Source of the DNA: Nitrosopumilaceae archaeon
GTDB lineage: Archaea > Thermoproteota > Nitrososphaeria > Nitrososphaerales > Nitrosopumilaceae
DNA: 64,000 bases
Reading direction: 5' to 3'
NCBI GenBank assembly: GCA_965203465.1
Contig: CBDBCR010000003.1
Location: 160,001 to 224,000, forward strand
The translations under genes were made by a program, and so were the position numbers. Shown piece by piece: positions 1 through 9,714 of the stretch (positions are counted from its first letter, which is position 1; every line of letters starts with the position of its first letter). The notes below the pieces were generated by a model. It was given only the letters and a program-made list of their open reading frames with translations, was not told the DNA's origin and made no database searches.

Positions 1-1203
1 GTCGTCCCCGGAGAACCCCAACAGGCGGTCGTCGCCTTCGCCGCCGTACACCGCGTCGTCGCCCGGACCTGCAAAGATCAGGTCGTCGCCCGGCCCCCCC
101 AGCAGGCAGTCGTCGCCGCCGTGGCCCGAGACCGCGTCGTCGCCTCCCAGCGCGAACACCGCGTCGGCGGAGCCGGTCCCCTCGATGACGTCGCCGGCGG
201 GGGTGCCGACGATTATGTTGTACGCGGACGGCGGCATTGGGCAGTGCCAGTCGCCGGCCGCGTCAAAGACGCTCGGGGCGTCGTGCAGAAAGTAATGGCC
301 AGAGTACGGCGTGGAGAACTTTAGCACCCGGTGGCCCATCATGTCTACTACGTACAGCGCCCCCGAGCCGGACAGCGCCAGGTCGGCGCCGGAGCCGAAG
401 CCGCCCAGCGGCCCGCGCCTCTCCGAGACGCTCAGGTACCCGTCCTGCTCCTGCTGCAGGTGCACCAGCCTGCCGTCGGCGGAGTTGAGCGCAAACAGCG
501 AGCCGTCCGGCGCCGGCGCCACCGACACGGGCGAAAACTCCCAGCCGGGCGACGCCGGCCGTATCGTCCCTGCGTGCGAGCCGTCCGGGCCGAACTTTAC
601 TATCTTGGAGCCGAGCCGGTCTGCCGCGTACACGTAGCCGTCGCGGCCGGCCGCCACGTCTGATATCCCGACGAACTCCCCGTCGCCGGTCCCCGACGAG
701 CCCATCGAGCGCAGAAACTGCCCGTCCGGCGAGAACGCCTGCACGCGGGCGTTTCCGTAGTCGGCCACATAGACCGTACCGTCCAGAGAGACCGCCACGG
801 GCCCCGGGTTGCGCAGCTGCCCCTCGCCCGAGCCCGTCCCGCCCCACTCGAACAGGAACCTGCCGGAAAGATCGAACGCCTGCACCCTGTCAAGATCGCG
901 GTCCGAGACGTACGCGCGCCCCGAGTGGACGGCGAGGCCCGCAGGCTCGTGGAACTGCCCCTCCCCGGTGCCGCTGCTGCCCCAGTCGCGGGCGTAGGCG
1001 CCGTCCTCGAAGACCTGCACGCGCTTGTTGCCGTAGTCGGCCACGTACAGCAGGCCGCCGGGCCCCTCGGCCGCCTGCAGGGGGTGCGAGAGCGCGCCCG
1101 GCTCCCGTATGCCGAACTGGCCTATCTGGCCCTGCTGCTCGTAGCCTGCGTGCGCCAGGGCCGGCGCCGCCAGCACCGCCAGCACGAGGAGGGCCGCCTT
1201 CAT
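1..1203 (-). CDS. Secreted NHL-repeat beta-propeller protein with hemolysin-type (RTX) Ca-binding repeats; 3' end runs off the window
   Basis: Manual translation from ATG 1203: signal peptide MKAALLVLAVLAAPALAHA, repeated LYVADYGNxRVQxF and GxxGTGEGQF motifs, then GGDD/GPGDD/GEGDD repeats. Absent from the ORF track because it has no stop inside the window. Confidence 0.85.
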   Translation of the reverse strand, partial: MKAALLVLAVLAAPALAHAGYEQQGQIGQFGIREPGALSHPLQAAEGPGGLLYVADYGNKRVQVFEDGAYARDWGSSGTGEGQFHEPAGLAVHSGRAYVSDRDLDRVQAFDLSGRFLFEWGGTGSGEGQLRNPGPVAVSLDGTVYVADYGNARVQAFSPDGQFLRSMGSSGTGDGEFVGISDVAAGRDGYVYAADRLGSKIVKFGPDGSHAGTIRPASPGWEFSPVSVAPAPDGSLFALNSADGRLVHLQQEQDGYLSVSERRGPLGGFGSGADLALSGSGALYVVDMMGHRVLKFSTPYSGHYFLHDAPSVFDAAGDWHCPMPPSAYNIIVGTPAGDVIEGTGSADAVFALGGDDAVSGHGGDDCLLGGPGDDLIFAGPGDDAVYGGEGDDRLLGFSGDD

Positions 1204-1261
1204 GCCTGCTGCTCGCCGCGTCCGCAAAAGACCCCCCGTGTCATGAAAAGTTGAGCTGTTG

Positions 1262-2035
1262 TCAAAAAGGCTTGTTTACTTCCCGCGTGAACGTATAGCT
1301 GGTCACCGCCACCATGGCGGCGGCAAAGGCGGCCACGACGGCCAGCGAAAAGAGCGCCGGCACGTCCGATGCTCCCCCCATCATGTCGCGCACCAGCAGT
1401 ACGGCGTACGTGACGGGGTTGAGGCGGGCCAGCGCCTCCAGCCAGCCGGGCAGCAGCGAGAGCGGAAAGAGCGCCGGGCTGAGCATGAACAGCGGCATGC
1501 CCAAGAAGTTGATCACGCCCCAGAACGTCTCCTGCGACTTTGCCACGGCCGCCACGGTCACCGATATGCCGGAAAAGCCCAGCGAAAAGAGCACCACCAG
1601 CGCCATGATGGGGGCCACCATGAGCGGATCCGTAAACGAGACGCCTATGGCCAGGGCTATGCCCAGCACCAGGCTGGCCTGCAGGGCGGCGATGAGCGAG
1701 ATGGCCAGCATCTTGCCCAGCGCTATCGAGACGCGCGAGACCGGGCAGGTCAGCGCCTTGCCCATGAACCCGTACCTCCTGTCCCAGAGCGTGTTGACGC
1801 CGCCGAATATGCTCGTGAATATGGCAGTCAGCATGATGACGCCCGGCGCCATGAACTCGATGTACTGCCCGTCGAAGCCGGCCGCCTCTATGAGCGGCTG
1901 CGTGCCGGCGAACGTGTTGCCCACCACTATTATCCAGACGGCCGGCTGTATGAGGCGTATGAGCACGCCGCTGCGCGACTTGCGGTACCTCTTCATCTCG
2001 CGCCAGAATATGGCGTACGTGTCCGCGTGCAGCAT
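1262..2035 (-). CDS. ABC-2 type transporter permease (DrrB-like)
   Basis: MLHADTYAIFWREMKRY..., PGVIMLT, ALFPLSLLPGWL..NPVTY; multiple TM segments; TGATG overlap with the ATPase stop. Confidence 0.9.
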   Translation of the reverse strand: MLHADTYAIFWREMKRYRKSRSGVLIRLIQPAVWIIVVGNTFAGTQPLIEAAGFDGQYIEFMAPGVIMLTAIFTSIFGGVNTLWDRRYGFMGKALTCPVSRVSIALGKMLAISLIAALQASLVLGIALAIGVSFTDPLMVAPIMALVVLFSLGFSGISVTVAAVAKSQETFWGVINFLGMPLFMLSPALFPLSLLPGWLEALARLNPVTYAVLLVRDMMGGASDVPALFSLAVVAAFAAAMVAVTSYTFTREVNKPF

Positions 2036-3024
2036 CAGGCCCTCAGCCTCTTCATCTTGTAGTGCTCTTTCTTGCGGTCGAACCGCTCGCCGTCGCGCAG
2101 ATCCCGCCCCGTGTGCTTTACGAACACGTCGTCGAGGGTGGGCCCGCTCATCGAGACCGAGCGCACGCGCGCGCCGGCCGCCGCGCACGCCTCGAATATG
2201 CGCGGCACCGTCGAGGCGCCGTCCCTCGTGTGGAGCGTGGCCGTCTCTGCGCGCGCCGAGGCGCCGATCACGCCCGGGATGGCGCGCAGAGCTTCGAGCA
2301 GCGGGGCCGCCTCGGATCCGATCTCGACGCGTATGGCGTCGTCGCCCAGGGCCGCCTTGAGCGAGCCGGGCGAATCGAGCACCTGCACCCTGCCGCCGTC
2401 CACTATGGCCACCCTGTCGCAGAGCCGGTCGGCCTCCTCCATGTAGTGCGTGGACAAAAACACGCACACGTCGTACTCGTCGTGTATCTTGCGCACATAG
2501 TCCCAGATCTTGCGGCGCGTCTGTATGTCTAGGCCGACTGTCGGCTCGTCAAGGAACAGCACGTCGGGCCTGTGGAGCAGGCCGGCGGCTATGTCGAGGC
2601 GCTTGCGCATGCCCCCCGAGTACGATATGACAGCCTCGTGCTGCCTCTCTTCGAGCTCCACTACGGAGAGCATCTCGTCTATGCGGGGGCCGGCCGAGCC
2701 CCCGCCTATGTGGCTGAGCCTGGCCTGCAGCTGCAGGTTCTCGCGGCCGGTCAGGTACTCGTCTACGGTCGTCTCCTGCTGCACGTACCCGATGTGGCGC
2801 CTCACGCCCGAGGCGCTGCGCGCGACGTCGTGGCCGGCGACCGTGGCCCTGCCCGACGTGGGGCGCAGCAGCGTGGTCAGCATCATCATGGTGGTGCTCT
2901 TGCCTGCGCCGTTGGGGCCCAGGAACCCGAACATCTCGGCGTCGTCTACCTCGAAGGACACGGAATCGACCGCGCGCACCTTGCCGAACGTGCGCGTGAG
3001 CCCGGAGGCGGATATGGCGGTCAA
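2035..3024 (-). CDS. ABC transporter ATP-binding protein (DrrA-like)
   Basis: Walker A GPNGAGKST, signature YSGGMRKR, Walker B LFLDEPT, H-loop STHY. Confidence 0.95.
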   Translation of the reverse strand: MTAISASGLTRTFGKVRAVDSVSFEVDDAEMFGFLGPNGAGKSTTMMMLTTLLRPTSGRATVAGHDVARSASGVRRHIGYVQQETTVDEYLTGRENLQLQARLSHIGGGSAGPRIDEMLSVVELEERQHEAVISYSGGMRKRLDIAAGLLHRPDVLFLDEPTVGLDIQTRRKIWDYVRKIHDEYDVCVFLSTHYMEEADRLCDRVAIVDGGRVQVLDSPGSLKAALGDDAIRVEIGSEAAPLLEALRAIPGVIGASARAETATLHTRDGASTVPRIFEACAAAGARVRSVSMSGPTLDDVFVKHTGRDLRDGERFDRKKEHYKMKRLRA

Positions 3025-3155
3025 CGCCCGGGCGGGCCGCCGTCCAATTATAAACCGCCCGCCGCCTAGTAGCCGGCGGGCCGGAAGTCGGCCGCCCGAA
3101 TGCGCGGGCCGCCCCGCGCGAAAGGCAGATTAACCCCGCGCCCTCCGCGCGCGGC

Positions 3156-3248
3156 ATGCGGGGCCTCTGCCACAGGTGCAACTCGTCCAACGTCGAGGTC
3201 GAGATAAAGGACGGCACGCCCGTCTGCAGGGCGTGCCTGGAAAGCTAG
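3156..3248 (+). CDS. 30-aa zinc-finger micro-protein
   Basis: MRGLCHRCNSSNVEVEIKDGTPVCRACLES*: two CxxC pairs and host-like codon usage; below the ORF-track length cutoff. Confidence 0.7.
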   Translation: MRGLCHRCNSSNVEVEIKDGTPVCRACLES

Positions 3249-3691
3249 GACTTGTACTCGTCCTTTGTGGACCGCAGTATGACCTTCTCGCCTATTCCCC
3301 AGATCTCGGTCTTTGAGACGATGCTCGTGTGTATCAGGCCGTCCTTGACCTCGATGGACTCGATCTCGTGGGTCTGCGGGTTCTTGTGCACCTTTTTGAC
3401 GCTGCCTATCTTGTGGCCGTCGATGTCGACGACGTCCACGTTGACGCGCACCGGCGCGGTGCTCAGCAGCAGCGTCTCCTGGGTGAACCTGTCGATGTAG
3501 TCGTCCCCTAGGAAGTAGTCGCGGCGGAAGCCCTGGTGGACCGTCACTCCGGCCACCCGCAGGGCGTCCTGGTCGATGTGTATGTGCTTGACCTTGCCGT
3601 AGCTGATGCCTTCCCGGTCGACGACCCTCCTGCCGACGAACTTGTCGGCGGTCGTCATCTTGGAGGTGAGCCCCTCCAGTTTCGTAGACAT
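3245..3691 (-). CDS. Tandem PRC-barrel domain protein
   Basis: FVGRRVVDREGISYGKV and a second VVDIDGHKIGSV unit. Confidence 0.85.
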   Translation of the reverse strand: MSTKLEGLTSKMTTADKFVGRRVVDREGISYGKVKHIHIDQDALRVAGVTVHQGFRRDYFLGDDYIDRFTQETLLLSTAPVRVNVDVVDIDGHKIGSVKKVHKNPQTHEIESIEVKDGLIHTSIVSKTEIWGIGEKVILRSTKDEYKS

Positions 3692-3799
3692 GGCGCCTTA
3701 TGGCCGAATCCCCTTAAGAGGGCCGCGGGTCGCGCCCGCGCAACCAATGGTCTAAATCAGTTGACCCGATTATATTGGGCGCGCCCGCCCCGGGCGGCG

Positions 3800-4111
3800 T
3801 TGTCCTTCAAGGCGGTGCTGACCACCAGGGGCAGGGTCACGGGCAGGCCCCATTCCAAGACCCTGCGGGCAGTCCGGATGGGCCGGACTCTGTACTTTAC
3901 CCGCCGCATGCCCGACAGCGACTGGTTCCTCAACGCCCTAGCGGACGGCCGCGTGAGCGTCTCGCTGGACGGCCGGACCGTAAAAGGCTCGGCGTTCCGC
4001 GTGGAGGACGAGGGGCTGCTGGCCACGATATCGGAGGCAAAGTACCCCGGCCAGGCGCGCGCGTCCGAGCCGCGCGTCGGAATCGGCGTCAGGCTATGCG
4101 GACCAGAGTAG
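3800..4111 (+). CDS. Deazaflavin (F420)-dependent nitroreductase-like split-barrel protein
   Basis: LTTRGRVTGRPH...SDWFLNA motif; TTG start at 3800 inferred. Confidence 0.7.
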   Translation: MSFKAVLTTRGRVTGRPHSKTLRAVRMGRTLYFTRRMPDSDWFLNALADGRVSVSLDGRTVKGSAFRVEDEGLLATISEAKYPGQARASEPRVGIGVRLCGPE

Positions 4112-4715
4112 TGACGCCGCGCCTGTCCGTCTCGACGCCGCCGCCCACCTCGACGACCGTCACGGTGAACGAGACCAGATCGCCCGGCGAGGCCGAGCTC
4201 GCGTCGAGCGGTATCTGCATGTCCATGGATTCGTGCTCGGCGGAGCCGGGATCGTCTGGCATGCGGGCCTCGAACGTGGAATCGACGCGGAAGCGCGCGC
4301 TGCCGTAGTGGAACCCGAGGCGCGTGAGCCTGCCGTCCCTGCCGTGCGCGCGCACCCTGACCGGCACCGTGCCGGCGGTGGCCGTCGCGTAGCCGGGCGC
4401 CGAGTTGACGAACACGCCGAGCTGGAACGGCCTGCCGGCGGTGGCCTCGGCCATCTTTTGTATGCCGTCGTTCATCACCACGTCTATGGCGCGTATGGTG
4501 CCTGCCGCCTCCAGCCACCGCGCGCACTGTGAGGCAGCCGACGATATGCCGGCCCTGCGCCGCCGGTCCTCGTCGGCCGGCAGCTTGTAGTACTCTACCC
4601 ACGCCTCGTAGTCGGGCACCATGCTCCCGACGAACTCGGCGCACGTGCGCCGGTACGAGCCGGGATCGTCGGTGCGCTCCCCGCCCGAATCGGACATGTC
4701 GAGGGGCATCGCCAT
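4089..4715 (-). CDS. Hypothetical protein
   Basis: 208-aa ORF with normal composition and an AT-rich TATA-like element upstream. Confidence 0.6.
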   Translation of the reverse strand: MAMPLDMSDSGGERTDDPGSYRRTCAEFVGSMVPDYEAWVEYYKLPADEDRRRRAGISSAASQCARWLEAAGTIRAIDVVMNDGIQKMAEATAGRPFQLGVFVNSAPGYATATAGTVPVRVRAHGRDGRLTRLGFHYGSARFRVDSTFEARMPDDPGSAEHESMDMQIPLDASSASPGDLVSFTVTVVEVGGGVETDRRGVTTLVRIA

Positions 4716-4787
4716 GCTGGCCGGCCGGCGCCCTCCGGTAAAAAACGATCCGCCATCTCTTTATAGGCGCGCGGGCCGGTTGCGGGC

Positions 4788-5252
4788 GTGTCGTTCTCGG
4801 CGCTGGCCTCGGACCTGCAGGCGGCCCTCAGGAAGGACATGGCGCAGATAAGGTACACCATGTCAAAGAGCCCCGCGCAGGCATACGCGCTGATAAACGA
4901 AAAGGGCCGCGCGGTCGGGGCCCCGCGCGGCGTGGAGCTGGTCGTCAACTTTCCGCACGACGGCAAGATACTAGAGTACGAAAAGTACGGCGCGCGCGAC
5001 CTGAGCCTGATAATCGACAAGGAGCGCACCAGGTTCCCCGTGCCGCGCGAGGCGATAAAAAAAGAGGCGGCCCGCATAGACGGGGCCAGCTCCGAGGACG
5101 CGTACATGTACGAGGGCAAGGAGGGCGTGCGCGTGCGCCTGCCCGGCGGCCGCATAGACGTGCTGCCCCACTCGCTCCACGTCTGGTGCGAGTTCGGCCC
5201 GCAGGTCTCGGGGTTCTGCGACTGGCTCATGCGCGAGGTCTACGGGCTATAG
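4788..5252 (+). CDS. Hypothetical protein
   Basis: 154-aa ORF with host-like codon usage; TTTATA about 25 nt upstream. Confidence 0.7.
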   Translation: MSFSALASDLQAALRKDMAQIRYTMSKSPAQAYALINEKGRAVGAPRGVELVVNFPHDGKILEYEKYGARDLSLIIDKERTRFPVPREAIKKEAARIDGASSEDAYMYEGKEGVRVRLPGGRIDVLPHSLHVWCEFGPQVSGFCDWLMREVYGL

Positions 5253-5588
5253 CTGGCCCCGTATGCGGGCCGCCTCGTCGTTGCCCGGATCCGATTCCAG
5301 TATCTGATCGCAGCACCTGCGCGCCTCGTCGCGCTCGCCCAGCCGCAGGTGGACGTTGGTCTTTAGCTGGAGCGCCTCGGTGTCGCCCGGCAGGGCCCGC
5401 AGCGCGCGCTCCAGGTACGAGAGCGACTGCCGGTCGTCCTCGACGATGTAGAATATGCTGCCCATGATGAACAGGTAGTCTGGGTCGGCGCCGAACTCGC
5501 CCTCCAGCGAGCGGCCGAACTCGACGGCCTCGGCGTACTCGCCGCGCGAGACCATCTTGCGCAGCTTGCGCTTTGGGTACCGGAACAA
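5247..5588 (-). CDS. TPR-repeat protein
   Basis: YLFIMGSIFY..SLSYLERAL...PGDTEAL..K..VHLRLGE.DEA helical repeats. Confidence 0.8.
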   Translation of the reverse strand: MFRYPKRKLRKMVSRGEYAEAVEFGRSLEGEFGADPDYLFIMGSIFYIVEDDRQSLSYLERALRALPGDTEALQLKTNVHLRLGERDEARRCCDQILESDPGNDEAARIRGQL

Positions 5589-5619
5589 CGCCGGCCGCTT
5601 CCCGGCGCCCCTTAAAGAC

Positions 5620-7077
5620 CTAGGGTACCACCAGCACGCCGACGCGCACGAGGTGCTGCAGGCCGGCGACGAACGTGGCGTCGTCTATTACATCGTCGGC
5701 CCAGTACCCGGCGTTGTCCCTCACGAACGGCGGGATGTCGCCGCCCTGCCCGGACTGCGCGGTCGGCGGTATCTGGATTACGCCCTGGCCCGCCAGGTAC
5801 TGTATAGCCGAGACGAACGTGGAATCGTCGATGGTGCCGTCCGACCACAGCCGGGCGTTGGTCTTTATCCACGAGGGCAGCTCGGGCGCCCCGCCGGCCG
5901 GCGGGGCCGCGCCTGGTTCGGGCTCCAGTCCCGAGGGCAGCACATCTATCGGAACCACCAGATAGTCGGTGGGCGTCTTTGCAAAGTCTGGTATCTGCGG
6001 CTTTGGCGCCAGGCCGTACACCCAGACCGCGTAGTTGTGCGTCCCGGGCCCCTCTTTTACCGGCATGAGCGGCTCGGCCAGGCCCGACGGCGAGTACAGG
6101 TATATCTGCTCCTCGTCCTGCGCGAGGCTGCGCAGCGGCTTCAGGTCGGGATCCACGACCAGCAGGTCGTACTGGACGTGGTTTAGGAACTCGGTCTCGT
6201 CGGTCTTTTTCTTGAACTTTATGAGCCAGTCCAGCTCGCAGCCGTCCTTGGGGTTCTCTGGCTTGTAGAGCACCTCCATGCCGTACGAAAAGTTCTTCGT
6301 GGTGGTCTTTAGCGAGACGAACGGTATGGTGTCCAGGTCAGGGCAGCCCAGCTGCCGCTCCAGCTCCGCGCTGGCCCTGACCGAGGCGAACGGATCGGAC
6401 ACTATCCCCCGGCCCATCTCGAGCAACTCGATCGCGTATTCCTGCGGGGCGTCCCCCTCTGCCACGTGCGTCCACGTGCTGGCCTTTACGGGGAACGGCA
6501 GGTCGGGCACCACCCAGATCTGGCTGTTTTTCCCGCCCGTGCGCCACCCCACCACGACCGAGTCGAACTCGCCTGCCGGCACCGAGACCTGCCCCGCGGC
6601 GGTGGGCCGCACCTGCTGGCCGCCGATGTTGGCTATCTTGCCCCACGAGGGGTCGCGGAACGGTTTGGGCCCGTCGTCGCCCCCCTCCGGCGAGCTGGTG
6701 AACGCGGCAAGCCAGGCCACCGACGACTTGAACGCGTCGCGGTACTGCGCGATGTTGTCCGTGCCGCCGCTCGGCTCGGCTGATATCTGGCCCAGCTCCA
6801 TCTCGCCCTTTAGGGTGCGCGGGCCGTCGTAGACGACCGTCTTTGCGAGCCACTTTTGCTCGGTGCCCACGGCGCGCTCGCCCTCTATCCAGATGTCCAT
6901 CCGGAACTCCCTGCACTCCTTGTAGTTTACGTGGCACATATTATACGAAAAGTAGTCGCCCACCTCCAGGCCGTTGCCCAGCCACCACGAACCGTCCACG
7001 TCCACTCCGCCGCCGACCTCCTGCGCGTACGCGGCCGGAATGGCCAGGGCGGCAAGTGCGAGCAGCGCGGTCTTCAA
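5620..7077 (-). CDS. Secreted thaumarchaeal protein with C-terminal 'IPxWIK-NA-W-DG-IDD-F' repeats (often annotated 'peptidase')
   Basis: Signal peptide; C-terminal LPSWIKTNARLWSDGTIDDSTFVSAIQYL and IPPFVRDNAGYWADDVIDDATF. Confidence 0.8.
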   Translation of the reverse strand: MKTALLALAALAIPAAYAQEVGGGVDVDGSWWLGNGLEVGDYFSYNMCHVNYKECREFRMDIWIEGERAVGTEQKWLAKTVVYDGPRTLKGEMELGQISAEPSGGTDNIAQYRDAFKSSVAWLAAFTSSPEGGDDGPKPFRDPSWGKIANIGGQQVRPTAAGQVSVPAGEFDSVVVGWRTGGKNSQIWVVPDLPFPVKASTWTHVAEGDAPQEYAIELLEMGRGIVSDPFASVRASAELERQLGCPDLDTIPFVSLKTTTKNFSYGMEVLYKPENPKDGCELDWLIKFKKKTDETEFLNHVQYDLLVVDPDLKPLRSLAQDEEQIYLYSPSGLAEPLMPVKEGPGTHNYAVWVYGLAPKPQIPDFAKTPTDYLVVPIDVLPSGLEPEPGAAPPAGGAPELPSWIKTNARLWSDGTIDDSTFVSAIQYLAGQGVIQIPPTAQSGQGGDIPPFVRDNAGYWADDVIDDATFVAGLQHLVRVGVLVVP

Positions 7078-7349
7078 CGCCTAGGCGTGGGCAAAATTCC
7101 TAATTAAGTCTTGTTTCGGGCGCGGCGCTTTGGTCCGCCTGCGCCTGCACAGGCCGGCCTTGCAGGCAGGACGCCACCACGCGCAGGATCAGATGAGGTA
7201 GGCGGGAGCGACGGTGTCCGAAAGTCGGCGCCTGGCCAGTAGACACGGATCACGCCCCGTTGTTCGACGCGGGCAGGCATGCGCCTAACCTGAAGCCCGC
7301 GATGGTCAGTTTTGTGGCAAGTTGCTTTTAGGTTGCGGCCTTGTTCGAA

Positions 7350-7916
7350 TCATCGGTGCCGGCCTTTGTGTCCAGATCCGACTTGTTTCCTCGTCCGGGC
7401 CTTTCTCTTGTCCCCTACATAGCCGGCATCCCTTTTACCCAGTTTGTGTCCGTCCTCCGAAACAGAACACCTCATGTCGACGAGCCGGGTGTTACAGTCA
7501 TACAGTGCTATCTGGTGTTTTTTCTGGCCTATGCTTACTTTTGTCTTTACGAGTACGCTGTATTGCGCCCATCTGCGGCGTCCCTTGGCGACCAATCCAA
7601 TGATCAAACGGGGTTGCGGCCGGCCGAGTTTGCTTGCTACCTCCAGTGCTTTTTTCCCCCCGCCTTCGAACTGCTTCGTTATTTGATCTACGTCAAAGGA
7701 AAAACTCTTGATCTCGATCAGCGATGCGGTCAGCCGTTTTCGTGTATCAAAAACTATGCAGTCGCATACTGGCGTTTTCTGCCCCGCGAGGATTTCTCCC
7801 TTTAGTATTACGTATGCCGACAAGCCGCCAAAACCTACCTTGCATTTGTGTTCACAGCATTTTGGAATGACGGCGTTTGCGTGCATGGATTTAATGAGAC
7901 GCAGGCTATGATCCAT
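7350..7916 (-). CDS. Putative PD-(D/E)XK-fold protein partnered with the AAA ATPase
   Basis: CDCIVFD...LIEIKS motif; start overlaps the ATPase stop; low-GC island. Confidence 0.5.
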   Translation of the reverse strand: MDHSLRLIKSMHANAVIPKCCEHKCKVGFGGLSAYVILKGEILAGQKTPVCDCIVFDTRKRLTASLIEIKSFSFDVDQITKQFEGGGKKALEVASKLGRPQPRLIIGLVAKGRRRWAQYSVLVKTKVSIGQKKHQIALYDCNTRLVDMRCSVSEDGHKLGKRDAGYVGDKRKARTRKQVGSGHKGRHR

Positions 7917-9357
7917 TGTTAGCACGATCCCGGATAGCTAAAGACTGGCGGTAGATATTTTGGGTTACCTTTACAAATTCTTCTACTGGTATTCCGTCGT
8001 CCGCTTCTATGTCTAGACGATCTATCTCATATCCCGACGGCGATGGAACGAACTCGTACGCCGCCACTTCTTTTGCCTCCAGATAGTCATCTCGCTCTAG
8101 TCCCGAGTCGTCCGGCCATCCATTTTTTCCAAGAACGCCGCTCGTGTCGGTTCGCTTGGATTTTGCAATGTTGCCAGCTTGTATCGTGTTGCTTATCTGT
8201 TCTACGATGAATGGGCTGTGCGTGGTCAGAATGATCTTGAGCCCGCGCCTAACCAATCGAACGAGATACTTGGCGAGTATGGCCTGGTTGTGCGGGTGGA
8301 GGTGCGCTTCGGGCTCTTCTATGATCAGCGTAGATTTTTCAGATATCGTGTGCTTTAGATGCAGTATAAACGGAGCCATTTCGGACACCATTGACGATGC
8401 TAGATGGACTGGTATTTCGCGTTGTTTGTATACGTACTTTATGCCGAATGCAGGACGTCCGTCCCCAATCTTGATCTCGCCCTGTAGTATCTCTTGTTCC
8501 AAGTTAGACGCAATGTCATAAAAACGGCCTTGCTTATTGGGCGTTTTTATGACACCGACTATGAAATCTGCGACTACGCCTGGAAGTTTTGGGATCTCGA
8601 TTTCTTCAAGTCCCCCGTATGGGGCATGCTCGACTATGCTTGCAGATATTGCTTCATGTCCTTGCAGTATGCCGGATCTTGCGGCGGGAAAGTAAAACAT
8701 CGTGCGCGGTTCGAAGTGTTTCCGAATGAGAGTAAACAAGACATGGTCTACCAATCGTCGATCGGTTTTCGAGCTGATTGTGACAATGGATGTAAGTTTA
8801 CGATCGGTTTTCGAGCTGATTGTGAGAGAGTTGTCGTTTGCGCCATGTCCAAGTTTTTTCTTCGGGCTTGTTAACCTAATGTCTGGCCCTTGAACAGGCG
8901 ATATTTTGCACGTAGACTTTTTGCTCGATATGCTTACATTCATAGTCATGTGGTTTGTCCGTATTTTGATGGTGCACCCTCTAGCATCGATCCTGATCAA
9001 CTGCGCGAGGTCGTCAGAAAAGGTACGCTTTACGCTACGCAGAAGTTTTGCTTCAAGATCTTCGATAAACGCAGCTTCTACTTTGCCTACATAGCCGCGT
9101 CCGAACGTGTTGCCATTCATAACCGATTTTCGGATAGGCGTATGCGACGTTTTCGAAGTCCAGCGCGGTCTCCATACGTTGCTGTCGCCAAGCATAGATC
9201 GAATCAGGAGAGATACGTACGACTTGCCCGAATTGTTGGATCCGATGAGGACAGTCATAGGCATGATCTCGATACTGCCGCGTCGTATGGGCCCAAAGTC
9301 CTTTACGTCGATCCTAGTTGTATCTGTATCAGGCTCCCCAGCAACTTTTCTGCGCAT
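7906..9357 (-). CDS. AAA_15/AAA_21-type (ABC-like) ATPase
   Basis: VKDFGPI, Walker A GSNNSGKS, PAARSG, signature-like ASSMVSE, Walker B IIEEPEAHLHP, TTHS. Confidence 0.85.
   Translation of the reverse strand: MRRKVAGEPDTDTTRIDVKDFGPIRRGSIEIMPMTVLIGSNNSGKSYVSLLIRSMLGDSNVWRPRWTSKTSHTPIRKSVMNGNTFGRGYVGKVEAAFIEDLEAKLLRSVKRTFSDDLAQLIRIDARGCTIKIRTNHMTMNVSISSKKSTCKISPVQGPDIRLTSPKKKLGHGANDNSLTISSKTDRKLTSIVTISSKTDRRLVDHVLFTLIRKHFEPRTMFYFPAARSGILQGHEAISASIVEHAPYGGLEEIEIPKLPGVVADFIVGVIKTPNKQGRFYDIASNLEQEILQGEIKIGDGRPAFGIKYVYKQREIPVHLASSMVSEMAPFILHLKHTISEKSTLIIEEPEAHLHPHNQAILAKYLVRLVRRGLKIILTTHSPFIVEQISNTIQAGNIAKSKRTDTSGVLGKNGWPDDSGLERDDYLEAKEVAAYEFVPSPSGYEIDRLDIEADDGIPVEEFVKVTQNIYRQSLAIRDRANNGS
8759..8825. 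repeat. 25-bp direct repeat with 42-bp period inside the ATPase (TISSKTDR twice)
   Basis: cgatcggttttcgagctgattgtga at 8759-8783 and 8801-8825. Confidence 0.9.
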
Positions 9358-9714
9358 GGCCCCATGTCTGAAGCACGTCTTAAAAAAAGTATCTTTGCGT
9401 TTGTGGGTTTGGCCTCGACATGCCGCTAGGAGCGATTAGGTGGAGGCCCGTGCTACCAGTTCTGGCCCAACCTGCGCCGGATCGGCCGTCGCGTCTATGC
9501 CCCTGCCTCCCCGTGTCAGCGTGCACGCCACTGGCGTGTCGAACGTCTTTGTTTCCGAGCGCGGCAAGACCGATCGCCGCGGACGGCATGTCGAAGCTCG
9601 CCCCGGGCCGCGGAAAACCGGGCGGCAGGGCGCGGGCCGCCACCGGCGGAGCCGCCAAGATTCCGGCGGGGCTTTCAGCATAGGCAAATATAGAGGGCGC
9701 CGGGGCCGCCTTGC

